64,000 nt of DNA from contig CAWKNZ010000007.1 in NCBI GenBank assembly GCA_963851265.1, forward strand, positions 160,001 to 224,000, written 5' to 3'. The translations under genes were made by a program, and so were the position numbers. Positions 27,706 to 39,606 of the stretch are shown here, piece after piece. Each line of letters starts with the position of its first letter. Positions within the stretch are counted from its first letter, which is position 1. This stretch comes from an uncultured Gemmatimonadales bacterium (lineage in GTDB: Bacteria > Gemmatimonadota > Gemmatimonadetes > Gemmatimonadales > Gemmatimonadaceae). The notes under the pieces were generated by a model. It worked only from the letters and a program-made list of their open reading frames with translations. It was not told where the DNA came from and searched no databases.

Positions 27706-28677
27706 CTACCGCGCGCCGGCCGCGGCGCGCCGAGCGCCGCGCCCGCGCGCCGGCGAGAGCTGCGCCTGCACCACCGTCTGCGCGATCGCGCGCGTCGACG
27801 CGTCCGACAGCGTCCGCGCGGGCAGCACGAGGTGCCCGGGCAGACGGTGCCGTCCGATGCGCTCGCGTGCGGCTTCGGTGATGTACGTCGGCGCGTCCGG
27901 CGGAATGACGGACAGGTCGTCCCGGCCGGCGACGAGCACGCGCAGGTTCCGCGCGCCCTCCGCGCCGTCGACGAACGCCTGCACGAGCGCGCCGAAGCGC
28001 GCGTCGGCGATGACGGCGTAGGTCACGCGCGTCAGCAACAGGCGCCAGTCGGGGCTCAGCAGGTCGGGGCGCATGTCGATGATGACGTGCGGCACGCCGA
28101 GCCGATCGGCGAGTCGCGCGACCTGCGGTTCGCTCGCTTCCGTGCCGACGACGAAATGCGCGCGCGTGATCGCGCGCGGCAGGTCGTGGTCGTCGCCGCG
28201 CGCGGGCAGGTCCTCGACGACGATGCCGGTCGCCTGCACGCCGAAGTCGTCGCGCAACTCGCGCGCGAGTCCCGCGGCCTGGTCGGTGGTCGCCGCGACG
28301 ATCGCCGCCGCGAGGGAGCGCGAACGCGTGGCCGCGGCGAACGCGTCGACGATCGCGGGTGCGCTCACGCCGCGCCGGATGCCGTCCGCGATCACGTCGG
28401 CCAGCCACTGCGGGCTCGCGCCCTGCGGTGACGGCGTCGTTCCGGCGGCCGGGCGCGTCGAGAGAAATACGCCAGACCGCGGCCGCAGCTCGACCAACCC
28501 CTCGCCTGCCAGCACGCGGTACGCTTCGGCCACGACGCGCGGATCGGCCTTCAGGTCTCGCGCGAGTTCGCGCGTCGACGGCAGGCGCGCCCCGTCGCGG
28601 AGCGCGCCCGACGCGAGCGCCCCGAGGAGCCGTTGGCGGAGCGCGTCGGTGATTCCCTGACGGCGTGGTTGCGGCAT
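27706..28677 (-). CDS. GntR-family regulator with atypical C-terminal domain
   Basis: GARLPSTRELA..VAEAYRVLAGEGLVELRPRSGVFL wHTH. Confidence 0.85.
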   Translation of the reverse strand: MPQPRRQGITDALRQRLLGALASGALRDGARLPSTRELARDLKADPRVVAEAYRVLAGEGLVELRPRSGVFLSTRPAAGTTPSPQGASPQWLADVIADGIRRGVSAPAIVDAFAAATRSRSLAAAIVAATTDQAAGLARELRDDFGVQATGIVVEDLPARGDDHDLPRAITRAHFVVGTEASEPQVARLADRLGVPHVIIDMRPDLLSPDWRLLLTRVTYAVIADARFGALVQAFVDGAEGARNLRVLVAGRDDLSVIPPDAPTYITEAARERIGRHRLPGHLVLPARTLSDASTRAIAQTVVQAQLSPARGRGARRAAAGAR

Positions 28678-28904
28678 CCAGACCTCGACGGCGTTGAAGC
28701 GGGCGCGCCTGATCCGACGAGGCGGAAGCCGTCGGCGGTCAGTGGCGTGTTCAACCGAACGCCCCCGCCCCCGGAGCGCAACTGCTGCGGACGCGATCGC
28801 GGCAGTTGGCGTCGGCGTGCGAGCGTCCGCGAACGCGTTAGCCACCGCACTCGTTACACTGCGGTCATGATGCACCCGCGCGCGTACCGCGCTCCGACCG
28901 TCGC

Positions 28905-29459
28905 ATGACGCCGCCCGAAGTATGGCTGCGCGGGCCCGTCGCCGACGTGGCACCCGTGCTCCAGCCTGTTGCCCACGCGCTGTTGCAGGCGCGTGAGGAG
29001 GTCGACGCGGTCATGGCCGACTTCCCCGACTCGCGCCTGTGGGACCGCCCGGCAGGCGTCGCGTCGGTGGCGTTCCACCTGCGCCACGTCGCGGGCGTGC
29101 TCGATCGGTTGACGACGTACGCCCGCGGCGAGGCGCTCTCGCCCGACCAGCACGCCGCACTCGCGGCCGAGGAGGCACCCGACGCCACGCTCACCGGTGA
29201 CGCGATGGCGCAGGCGTTTGCGGGGGCGGTCGCGCGCGCGCTCGCCCAACTCCGCGCCACCGACCCCGCGACCGTGTTCGAGCCGCGCGGTGTGGGGCGC
29301 GCGGGGCTGCCGTCGACGGTGCTCGGCTTGCTCGTGCACGCCGCCGAGCACACGATGCGTCACGTGGGCCAACTCACGGTGACGGCGCGCGTCGTGCGCG
29401 CCGCCCCCGTCGCCACTCAGCCGAGCACGCCGAGCCAGTCGCGCGAACCGCCGGCGTAA
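28905..29459 (+). CDS. DinB family protein
   Basis: SVAFHLRH..LDRL, HAAEHTMRHVGQ metal-binding His pattern. Confidence 0.88.
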   Translation: MTPPEVWLRGPVADVAPVLQPVAHALLQAREEVDAVMADFPDSRLWDRPAGVASVAFHLRHVAGVLDRLTTYARGEALSPDQHAALAAEEAPDATLTGDAMAQAFAGAVARALAQLRATDPATVFEPRGVGRAGLPSTVLGLLVHAAEHTMRHVGQLTVTARVVRAAPVATQPSTPSQSREPPA

Positions 29460-30748
29460 CCGGGGAACAGCCGCGACGTGGTGACCGCGCCGAGGTGCTT
29501 CTCGGCGACCTCGCTGAACACGGCGCGGAAGTCGGTCGTGAGCGCGAGGTCGCGTCCCTCGTTCAACTGCTCGGGTGCGAGCCCGGGCCAGCGGCCGTGC
29601 ACCCTGTGCCCCCGCACGCCGCCGCCGATCGCGAACATGCTGCCCGCGTGCCCGTGGTCGGTGCCGCCGTTCCCGTTCTGGCGCGCGGTGCGTCCGAACT
29701 CGCTCATCGTCAACACGAGCACGTCTTCCATCCGGTCGCCCAGGTCGGCGACGAACGCCGCGATGCTCGCCCCGAAGTCGCCGAGGCGATTGGCGAGCTG
29801 CCCCGTCGCGCCGCCCTGGTTCACGTGCGTGTCCCAGCCGCCGATGTCGGCGAACGCGATCTCCATGCCGACGTTCGCCTTGATCAGCTGCGCGATCTGG
29901 AGCAGGCGCTGACCGAACTGCGACTTCGGGTAGTCCGCGCCGTTCTCGGGCGCGTATTTGCGCGGGTCGGCCGCTCGCAGCACCTTCATCGCCTCGAACA
30001 TCTCGGTGCCCGACGCGTGGATCAGATCGGCCGACCCCGTCGTGTAGAGCGCCTCGAGCCGGCGTTCGGCGTCGCCGCCGGCCGCTCGGATCGTGAACTC
30101 GTCGATCGAGTTCATCGCCACCGTCGGCGCCGGCCCCTCCATCGTGCGCGGGGTCTGCTGCGTCATCGCGACGGCGCGGAAGGGCGAGTCCTTCACCGGG
30201 TGGCCGTGCGCGTCGACGAGGCCCGCGTTGGGCCCGCCCGCCGCGTGCGTCGCGCAGCCGTCCTCGCAGGTGCCCTTCAGGGCGAGGTAGCGGTTGAGCC
30301 ACCCGTCGCGCGTGCCCTTCACGTCGGGCGTCCCCGTCTCCATGAAATCCTGCGCGTCGAAGTGCGACCGCGTCGCGCTCGGGCTGCCGACGGCGTGAAT
30401 GGGCGCGAGGAGGCCGCGGTCCCAGACCGGCTTGAGTGCGCCTAACGCCGGGTGCAGTCCGAAGTGCCCGTCCAGGTCGAGCGCGCCGTTCGGGCGGCCG
30501 GGCTCTGGCACCGCGATGTTCGGGCGCAGCCCGTAGTAGTCGCGGTCGCCGAACGGCACGACCACGTTGAGCGCGTCGGCCGCGCCGCGCTGGAACAGGC
30601 AGACGAGCACCTTGCCGCCGCGCGCGCCGCGGGTCGCGGCGCCGCGGGTGAGTTCCTGCGCGAACGCGCTGCGGCGCAGGAAGCTGGGCGAGAGGCCCAT
30701 CGTCACGAGCGCGAGGGCGCCCGACTTGAGGAAGGTGCGGCGTTGCAT
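29417..30748 (-). CDS. DUF1501 domain protein (Tat signal)
   Basis: MQRRTFLK, FQRGAADALN, RSHFDAQ, GWDTH, SEFGRT, GTDHG. Confidence 0.92.
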   Translation of the reverse strand: MQRRTFLKSGALALVTMGLSPSFLRRSAFAQELTRGAATRGARGGKVLVCLFQRGAADALNVVVPFGDRDYYGLRPNIAVPEPGRPNGALDLDGHFGLHPALGALKPVWDRGLLAPIHAVGSPSATRSHFDAQDFMETGTPDVKGTRDGWLNRYLALKGTCEDGCATHAAGGPNAGLVDAHGHPVKDSPFRAVAMTQQTPRTMEGPAPTVAMNSIDEFTIRAAGGDAERRLEALYTTGSADLIHASGTEMFEAMKVLRAADPRKYAPENGADYPKSQFGQRLLQIAQLIKANVGMEIAFADIGGWDTHVNQGGATGQLANRLGDFGASIAAFVADLGDRMEDVLVLTMSEFGRTARQNGNGGTDHGHAGSMFAIGGGVRGHRVHGRWPGLAPEQLNEGRDLALTTDFRAVFSEVAEKHLGAVTTSRLFPGYAGGSRDWLGVLG

Positions 30749-30780
30749 GGGGGGACGTCCGGAGGGACGGAGGTGTGAGC

Positions 30781-32796
30781 CTAACGACGCTGGAACTCGG
30801 GCGCGCCCAGCGCGAGCCCGACGAGTTGGGCGAACGGGTCGAGCCGCGCGACGGGACCGGCGAACGGCGGGCGCGCCGTGCCCGGTTTGATCGCCTCGCG
30901 CGCGACGGCGCCCGCGCCGGGCGTGCGCGCGCCGCCGCGCCCGGCCGCCGCGTCCATCATCGAGTCGGCGGTGCGGCCGGACGCGCTGTCGTCGAGCGCC
31001 GGCGCCGCACGCCCCGCCTGTGCGGCGAGCGGGTTCTCCCCTTTCGCGAGCACCGCCCGGGTGTCGGGCGACGCCTCGCCGCCGAGAAACGCGCCGAGCA
31101 CGCCGTCGATCTGCGCGGGCCGGTCTTCGGCCCGGAGCGTCGCGTAGAGCGGCCACGCCGGGAGCGGCGCACCGGGCAGGCGGTTGGCGGCGACCGCCTC
31201 GCCGAAGTTGATCCGGTTGAGGATCGCGCCCGTGTTCAGCCACGCCGCCCCGTAGTCGGGCCAGCCATCGGGCGCCTGGTGTCCGAACATCGGCTGCCCG
31301 AGCCGCGCCACGAGCTGCGCCGTCCGCGGCGTCGTGTCGACCGCGGCGCCGAGCGCGCGCGCCGCGCTGGCGACGAGCTCGAACGGCGTCTTCACCTTCG
31401 CGCGGTATGCGGCGCGGCTGAAGAACTCGGGGCTGTGGAGGATCACGGCGAGCGTCGCGCGGACGTCGCCGTCGCTCCGCGTGAACGCGTCCGCCGCCCG
31501 CGCCACGAGCGCCGTGCTCGGCGAGTCGCTCACGAAGTGCACGCAGAGCTTGCGCGCGATGAAGCGCGCCGTGCTCGGGTGGCGCGCGACGAGGTCGAGC
31601 ACGCGCTCGCCCTCCTCTTCGCCGCGGCCGGCCGGGAACTGCTGGCCGAGGATGACCTTCGCGTCGGCGTCGTGCCACTCGGGGCGGAAGAGAAAGCCGC
31701 CGCCCTGCGCCGGCGGCGCGATCGTCCACCCGGTGAGCGCGCGCGCGACCGCGATCACGTCCTGCTGCGTGTACCCGCCGTCCACGCCTAACGTGTGCAG
31801 CTCCAGCAGCTCGCGGCCGTAGTTCTCGTTGAGCCCGCGCCGGCGCGGCGCGGCGGCGGCCGGCTGCGCCGTCGGCGCGCCGTCCGCGCCGGTGCGACCG
31901 TCGAGCGTGCGGACACCCCCGGCGCCGAACGGCCGCGCGAAGATGCCGCGGCCGCCGAGGACGGGGCGGACGCGCACGCCGGCAAACTGCCCGCCGCCGC
32001 GCCGCGGCGCGAGCGTCGCGTGCGTGCTGTCGGCCTGGCTCTGGAAGTTGTCGAGGTACTGCAGCATCGCCGGGCTGTGCGCGACCGCGCCCAGCAGGTC
32101 ACGGAAGTGCCCCATCGCGTGCTCGCGGACGGTCGCGTCGTACTCCGGCAGGTAGTACCGGAGCCGGTCCTTGCCGGCGAAGACGTTGAAGTGGTTCTCC
32201 CAGAAGTCGACCATCACCTCCTGGAGCTGCCGCTCGCTGCCCACCGCGCGGGCCGTTCGCGCGGCCTGCAACTCGCCGACGAAGACGTAGGACTTGCGCG
32301 CCATCTGCTTGGCCTGCGCGGTGTCCTGCGCCGTCATGGGCGTGCCCTGCACGGCGCGCTTGATCAGCAACTGTCCCGGGGGCGGGTTGTCGGCCAGGAG
32401 TTGGGCGCCGCGCTCGCCGAGCGCGGGCCAGCGCACGGCGATTGCCTGCCCCACGCTGTCGGGCAGCCGCTCGGGGAAGAGCTGTTGGTCGATCCATCGG
32501 TCGACGCCCTCGGCCCGCACGCGCTCGTAATCACCCGGACGCGCGCCGAACGTCAACCGCGACAGCGCGTGGCGCGCCTGCTGGTCGGCCGTGAGTTCAC
32601 GGCCCTCGGTGGTGTAGTGCGCGGCGAAGGCGGGCAGCGGCGGCGGGTCGGCGCGGCGGACGCCGTCGACGCGCCGCGCACCGTCGGCGTTCGCGCCCCC
32701 CGTCGCGCAACCGGCCGCGCAGAGTGACGCGCCGAGCGCGACGGCCGCGACGCGGCGGGCGAGCGGCGAGGGATGGGATCGGAAGGAGGAAGCCAT
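30781..32796 (-). CDS. DUF1800 domain protein
   Basis: LSRLTFG, QLQEVMVDFWENHF, PAMLQYLDN, NENYGRELLELHTLG, KVKTP, PEFQRR. Confidence 0.92.
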   Translation of the reverse strand: MASSFRSHPSPLARRVAAVALGASLCAAGCATGGANADGARRVDGVRRADPPPLPAFAAHYTTEGRELTADQQARHALSRLTFGARPGDYERVRAEGVDRWIDQQLFPERLPDSVGQAIAVRWPALGERGAQLLADNPPPGQLLIKRAVQGTPMTAQDTAQAKQMARKSYVFVGELQAARTARAVGSERQLQEVMVDFWENHFNVFAGKDRLRYYLPEYDATVREHAMGHFRDLLGAVAHSPAMLQYLDNFQSQADSTHATLAPRRGGGQFAGVRVRPVLGGRGIFARPFGAGGVRTLDGRTGADGAPTAQPAAAAPRRRGLNENYGRELLELHTLGVDGGYTQQDVIAVARALTGWTIAPPAQGGGFLFRPEWHDADAKVILGQQFPAGRGEEEGERVLDLVARHPSTARFIARKLCVHFVSDSPSTALVARAADAFTRSDGDVRATLAVILHSPEFFSRAAYRAKVKTPFELVASAARALGAAVDTTPRTAQLVARLGQPMFGHQAPDGWPDYGAAWLNTGAILNRINFGEAVAANRLPGAPLPAWPLYATLRAEDRPAQIDGVLGAFLGGEASPDTRAVLAKGENPLAAQAGRAAPALDDSASGRTADSMMDAAAGRGGARTPGAGAVAREAIKPGTARPPFAGPVARLDPFAQLVGLALGAPEFQRR

Positions 32797-32976
32797 GCGC
32801 AACACGCAGATCAGGACCGGAGCGAGACGGGCCGAGCGGAAGGCGGGCCGGCGCGCGACAAGCGACGCGAACGCGCGCGAACATGCGTCACTCCGGCCAC
32901 ACCCGATAGACGCGCGCGCCGCCCGGGTGTTAACCCCGTCCGCTCGCCGACGTTGCGACCCGGCTTACTTCCCGAC

Positions 32977-33471
32977 GTGCAACCCGCGGCCGCGCCGTCC
33001 TCATCTCCGCTCGTTCGCGCCGCCGCGCTCGCTGCGGCCGCGGCGCTCGGCGTGATGGTCGGCTTCGGGCTGCGCGGCGTCGGCGCCGACGGGTGGACGA
33101 CCGCGCTCTCGCGTCTGGCGGTAGTCGCGCTGCGCCTGCGCGGCGTGCCGGAGTTCGTGACGCCCGACCGCGACTCCGGTGCGGGGTCGATCATGGGCGG
33201 CCTGCAGGTGGCAGGGATCGCTGCCGCCTGGGGCGCGATCCTGGCCGCGGTGCGACGCCGGCTCTCCGCTCGGGGTACCGCGCCCGGGGCGTGCACGGCC
33301 GCGCTGGCCGGCGTGCTCGCCGCGCTCGCGGGCGCCGACACGGTCCTGCCTGCGTCGTTGCGCCTGGCCGCCGGCACGCTTACCGGAGCCGAGTGGGTGG
33401 TGATGGTCGCGGTGGTGGCGACGGCCGCGTGGATCGGCGCGCGCGTGCCCGCGCCCCGCGCCGTGACGTAG
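32977..33471 (+). CDS. hypothetical membrane protein
   Basis: About four hydrophobic segments; start uncertain. Confidence 0.55.
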   Translation: MQPAAAPSSSPLVRAAALAAAAALGVMVGFGLRGVGADGWTTALSRLAVVALRLRGVPEFVTPDRDSGAGSIMGGLQVAGIAAAWGAILAAVRRRLSARGTAPGACTAALAGVLAALAGADTVLPASLRLAAGTLTGAEWVVMVAVVATAAWIGARVPAPRAVT

Positions 33472-33722
33472 TCGAAACTGCCGCACGCCGCGTCCGTCAC
33501 CGCGTCGTGACGCGCCCTGCGCTTCGTGCGTCGTGCCCACGTTGCGACGGACGTGGGCGCGCGCCCTCGGGTGACTCCTCGGCGTCCTGCCGGGTCTGCC
33601 GTAATGGGAGACTCGTGCGACGCGCCCCTCGGCGGCGCTTCCTCTTTCTCGCCGGGCGGACGCCGCGACGCCCCACGTGTGAGTCGCCCCAAGATGCCGA
33701 GCCAGGCTCGGCGGAGGCCCGT

Positions 33723-34313
33723 GTGGACGTTCTCGTTCTCCTCGCCGATTCCGACGACGCGGTCGACACGACCGCGACTGCCACTGGCGTTCCGATCGCC
33801 CACGTGCGGTCCACGCCCGACCCGCGGTGCTTCGACAGCCGGCCCGGCCGCGGCGCTCGTGAGGTCGTGACCCTGTACGGCTCGGCCGAACCTGACCGCA
33901 TCGCGGTGGCGGTCGCGGCCGCGTTCGAGAGCCGCCGCGCCAGCGGCGTGCCGCCCGATGCGGTGCGGCAGATCGGCGTGTGGGCCGACCGTGGCGCCGT
34001 GGGCGACGTTGCCTGGCGCGATCGCACCACCGGACTCGTGGTCACGCTCGACGTCGCGATCTCGGCGGCGGCCATCGCCGGAACCGCCGGCCAACTCCTC
34101 ATGGAGCAGGGCCGCGCCATCCGGCAGACGGCCGCCGGACTGACGATGCCCGACTGGCCCGAGGGGACGCGACGCGCGATCCAGGTGAGCTTCGCCGACG
34201 TCGGCGCGCCTGTGGCCGCAGCGGGCGCTCACGACGCGTTGCTCGCGTCGCTTCGCGAGGCCGACGGGTACGACGACCTGCACGACGACGCCTACGGCGA
34301 AGTCGTGGGGTGA
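33723..34313 (+). CDS. hypothetical protein
   Basis: GGAGG at 33713-33717 before GTG; protein-like composition with an acidic C-terminus. Confidence 0.5.
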   Translation: MDVLVLLADSDDAVDTTATATGVPIAHVRSTPDPRCFDSRPGRGAREVVTLYGSAEPDRIAVAVAAAFESRRASGVPPDAVRQIGVWADRGAVGDVAWRDRTTGLVVTLDVAISAAAIAGTAGQLLMEQGRAIRQTAAGLTMPDWPEGTRRAIQVSFADVGAPVAAAGAHDALLASLREADGYDDLHDDAYGEVVG

Positions 34314-34392
34314 CGCACGCGGCCGCAGCATGCGGCCGCGTCGCGTGTCGGACGGGCGACGACGAGTGTCGCCGCCCTTTGTAGCTTCAGGG

Positions 34393-36060
34393 ATGCCGAA
34401 CGCACCCGTTCGCGACGCGCGTCATGTCGATCCGCGTTCGCCCGCCGTCGTCGAACCGGCGCCTCCGCTGCCGGGCGAGGACGTGCTCGCCGCCCTCCTC
34501 GACGACGCGCGGTTCGACGCCGCGCTTCCGTTCACCGCCGTCGTGGCGCGTTACTTCGAAGACGCCGGCGCCGGGCGCGGTCCTGTGAGTTCGGCCCGGC
34601 CAGCCGCCGAGCTGGCCGCCCGCTTCGACGAACCGCTTCCGCGGGGGCGTCGCCCACTCGCCGACGTGGCCGCGCGCCTCGCGCGCGACGTCGTCGCCGA
34701 CGCCAACCGGCTCACGCACCCGATGTCGCTCGGGCATCAGGTCGCGCCGCCGCTGCCGGCAACGGTGTGGGCCGACACGGTCGTCGCGGCCCTCAACCAG
34801 TCGGTCGCCGTTCAGGAGATGTCGCCCACCGGCACCGCGGTCGAGTTGCGCGTGATCCGGTGGATGTGCGACCTCGCGGGCTTCGGACCGAAGGCGGGCG
34901 GAACGTTCACGTCGGGCGGCACGGAGGCCACGTTCGCCGCGCTCCTGGCCGCGCGCAGCCGGGCGGTGCCCGACGTCTGGGCCAACGGACTCGGCGCCGA
35001 CCCGCCGGTGATCGTGTGCGGCGAACACGCGCACTACGCCGTCACGCGCGCGGCGGGCGCGATGGGCCTGGGACTGCGCAACGTGGCGTGCGTCCCCTCG
35101 CGCGACCCCACCGGCGGGGACTTCGCGATGGACACCGGCGCCCTCGGCCGCACGCTCGGCGACCTGAGCGCGAGTGGCCGGCGCGTGATGGCCGTCGTCG
35201 CGACCGCTGGGTCGACGGCGACTGGGAGCTTCGACGACATCGACGCCGTCGCGGACGCGTGCGCCGCGCACGACCACTGGCTGCACGTCGACGGCGCGCA
35301 CGGCGCGTCGGCGCTGCTCTCGGACACGCACCGCCGCCGCCTGCGTGGGCTCGCGCGGGCGCACTCGCTCGCGTGGGACCCGCACAAGATGTTGCTGGTG
35401 CCGCTGGCCGCGGGCGTCGTGCTCGTGCGAGACGAGCGGTGGCTCGACGGCGCGTTCGCGCAGGCGGCGCCGTACCTCTTCCACGCGCCGACCGAGCGCG
35501 ACGCCGAAGAGTTCGATGCTGGGGAGTCCGACGGCGTGCCGCCGCGCGGGTGGGATCAGGGCGTCCGCACGTTCCAGTGCTCGCGGCGCGTCGACGCGCT
35601 CAAGCTGTGGGTGGCGCTCCAGCGCTACGGCGCCGACGGACTGGGCGCACTGTACGACCGGCTCTGCGCGCTGGCGGCGCGCCTGCACGCCCGACTGGTG
35701 GCCCACCCAGCGTTCGAGGTGCTACACGCGCCCGAATCCAACATCCTCTGCTTTCGTCGCACCGCCGCATCGCTCGATCTCGAGACCGCCCCCGACGCGG
35801 ACGGTGCGCGAACGCGCGTCGGCGGTACGGTCGGTCCCGACGCGCTCGACGCCGCGCAGTCGGCCATCCGGGCGAACTACAACGCGTCGGGGGCGGGGTG
35901 GATCACGTCGACGGTGCTCGACGGCCGTCGGGTCCTGCGGGTGACCGTGATGAACCCACGGACCACCGATTCGCACCTCGCCGCGCTCGTCGACGGGCTG
36001 GCGAACACGAGCATTGGGGGCACCGGAGGGAGTGAGTCGGGGCGCACGCGAGGTGGATGA
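34393..36060 (+). CDS. group II PLP-dependent amino-acid decarboxylase
   Basis: FTSGGTEA, AHYAV, TAGSTATGSFD, WLHVDGAHG, DPHK. Confidence 0.92.
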   Translation: MPNAPVRDARHVDPRSPAVVEPAPPLPGEDVLAALLDDARFDAALPFTAVVARYFEDAGAGRGPVSSARPAAELAARFDEPLPRGRRPLADVAARLARDVVADANRLTHPMSLGHQVAPPLPATVWADTVVAALNQSVAVQEMSPTGTAVELRVIRWMCDLAGFGPKAGGTFTSGGTEATFAALLAARSRAVPDVWANGLGADPPVIVCGEHAHYAVTRAAGAMGLGLRNVACVPSRDPTGGDFAMDTGALGRTLGDLSASGRRVMAVVATAGSTATGSFDDIDAVADACAAHDHWLHVDGAHGASALLSDTHRRRLRGLARAHSLAWDPHKMLLVPLAAGVVLVRDERWLDGAFAQAAPYLFHAPTERDAEEFDAGESDGVPPRGWDQGVRTFQCSRRVDALKLWVALQRYGADGLGALYDRLCALAARLHARLVAHPAFEVLHAPESNILCFRRTAASLDLETAPDADGARTRVGGTVGPDALDAAQSAIRANYNASGAGWITSTVLDGRRVLRVTVMNPRTTDSHLAALVDGLANTSIGGTGGSESGRTRGG

Positions 36061-36421
36061 CGGGCCGTGACGGGGCGCCCGTCCACGTCGTCCCGGCCGG
36101 CAACCGCTGAGCGTGGCATGTGCGTTGCGCTTCGTTCAACTCGTCCCGGTCGCTCGTGTCCCTGTTCGCGCGGACCGTGGAGCCCCGAGCCGCCGTATGC
36201 CGCATCCCGTCAACCCCCCGACCCCGACATCGTCCGTGCTCCCGTCCGATGCTGCTGCGCAGCGCGATGCGGTCGCCGGTGATCGCTCCGCCTGCGAAGT
36301 ACCCGACGCGCAACTGTGGCGCGACGCGATCGGCGCCGCCCGTCGCGCGGCCGCGGCGGCTGCGGAGCTTCGCCTCGCGTTGGACGCGACGAGGCTGGGG
36401 CGGCCGTCGTAGCCGGGCGCG

Positions 36422-36991
36422 TCAGCGAAGCGCCTGGCGGACCGCGGCGTCGAGATTCTGTTCGGCGCCCTGACCCGTGTACACGACCTTCCCGGCGCGG
36501 TCGAGCACCACGACGTACGACGTGGCCGGGACGTCGTACGCCGACGTCGCTTTCCCGTCACGATCGTAGTACAGCTCGAGGGGCAGCTGGTACTTGGCGG
36601 CGTAGGCCCGCACGCGATCGGGCGACTGGTTGACCGAGACTGCGACGCCGACGAGGCGGACACGTCCGGCGTAGCGCGCGGCGATCTGCTTCACCTGCGG
36701 TTCGAGCGCCTTGCAGTTGGGGCACCAGGTCGCCCAGAACTCGATCAGCGTGGGCCCGCGTCCCGTCACGGCGCTCAGATTGGCGGGTCGGCCGTCCAGC
36801 GACTCGACCGCCGCCGCGGGCGCCCGCGTGCCTACCGGGAGCCCAAGCTCCTGCGCGCTGGCGCCGCGTGCCGCGAGCGTGCCGCCGAGGAGGGCCGAGA
36901 CGACGGCGAGCGCGAGGGCGCGCCCGACTGAACGCACGCGAAGGGCCCGCGGCGTGAGCCGGCGCTCGGAGAACAGCAGGTGTGCGGTCAT
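36422..36991 (-). CDS. TlpA/ResA-like thiol-disulfide oxidoreductase
   Basis: Signal peptide, EFWATWCPNC, YDVPATSYVVVLD. Confidence 0.9.
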   Translation of the reverse strand: MTAHLLFSERRLTPRALRVRSVGRALALAVVSALLGGTLAARGASAQELGLPVGTRAPAAAVESLDGRPANLSAVTGRGPTLIEFWATWCPNCKALEPQVKQIAARYAGRVRLVGVAVSVNQSPDRVRAYAAKYQLPLELYYDRDGKATSAYDVPATSYVVVLDRAGKVVYTGQGAEQNLDAAVRQALR

Positions 36992-37022
36992 GAGGTGAGG
37001 AGAAAGGGCGGGCGCGCGACGT

Positions 37023-37766
37023 TCAGATGAGAACGGTGCCCATCTGCACGAGGTAGTACTCGGCCGCGCCGAGCATGAGGAGCGCGAATCCGCGCTTGAC
37101 CCACACCATCCACATCCCCGCGCGCGGCATTCGGGCGAGCGTGCCGCTCGAGAGCCCGACGACCGCGAGCAGGGCGCACATGCCGAGCGAGAACGTGAAC
37201 AGGTAGAGAAAGCCGAGTGCCGCCGAGTGCGTCGTGCTCACCCACGTGAGCACCGCGGCCATCACCGGGGCGGAGCAGGGGGCGGCGACGAGCCCGGACA
37301 TCGCGCCCATCACGAGCGCGCCCGTCACGCGCCCCGCGGTGCCTGCCGTGGCCGCGCGCTGCATGAGCGCCGCCGGGAGCCGCACCGGGATGACGTCGAG
37401 CATCGAGAGCGCGGCGACCAAGAGCAGGTTGGCCATCGCGAAGAACAGCCACGGGTTGGTACTGACGCTGCCGAACAGCGTGCCCGTGAGGCCGGCGAAC
37501 AGCCCGAGCGCCGAGTAGACGAGCGCCAGCCCGACGACGTAGGCGAGGGTGAGCAGGGCCACCCGGGCCCGCGCGCCGCGCCGTGTCCGGGGCGCCCCGT
37601 CCGCGGGCACTCCGTCCGCAGCCGCGGCCGTCTGCCCTCCCACGATCGCCGCCGTGATCGGGATCATCGGGTAGACGCACGGCGTGAGGGAGGTGAGCAC
37701 GCCCGCGCCGAACAGGGCGGGCAGGGCGGCCGCGGGGTGCGCGGAGAGTTGGGCGGCGAGGTCCAC
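37023..37766 (-). CDS. ccdA: CcdA / DsbD transmembrane-domain protein
   Basis: SLTPCVYPMIP and AAPCSAP redox Cys motifs, about six TM helices. Confidence 0.88.
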   Translation of the reverse strand: MDLAAQLSAHPAAALPALFGAGVLTSLTPCVYPMIPITAAIVGGQTAAAADGVPADGAPRTRRGARARVALLTLAYVVGLALVYSALGLFAGLTGTLFGSVSTNPWLFFAMANLLLVAALSMLDVIPVRLPAALMQRAATAGTAGRVTGALVMGAMSGLVAAPCSAPVMAAVLTWVSTTHSAALGFLYLFTFSLGMCALLAVVGLSSGTLARMPRAGMWMVWVKRGFALLMLGAAEYYLVQMGTVLI

Positions 37767-37856
37767 GGGCGAAACGTACACGGCCGCGGCGGGCGCGGCC
37801 GGCGGCGCTAGATTGCTACCCTGCACACGTTCGCTAACTCCGCCGGAGGTATACAG

Positions 37857-39527
<1,671 letters not shown>

Positions 39528-39531
39528 CGAC

Positions 39532-39592
39532 GGCGCACCAGCGACGCGGGCCGCCGGCCGCAACGGTCGGCGGCCCGCGTCGCTGGTGCGCC
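39532..39592. terminator. 25-bp perfect inverted repeat between convergent ettA and GH31 genes
   Basis: GGCGCACCAGCGACGCGGGCCGCCG (39532-39556) / CGGCGGCCCGCGTCGCTGGTGCGCC (39568-39592). Confidence 0.7.
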
Positions 39593-39606
39593 CCCCGGCG
39601 CGCCCG

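Noticed and set aside
36197..36412. Possible 71-aa ORF after the decarboxylase
   Set aside because: No RBS or motif; cannot be told apart from chance.
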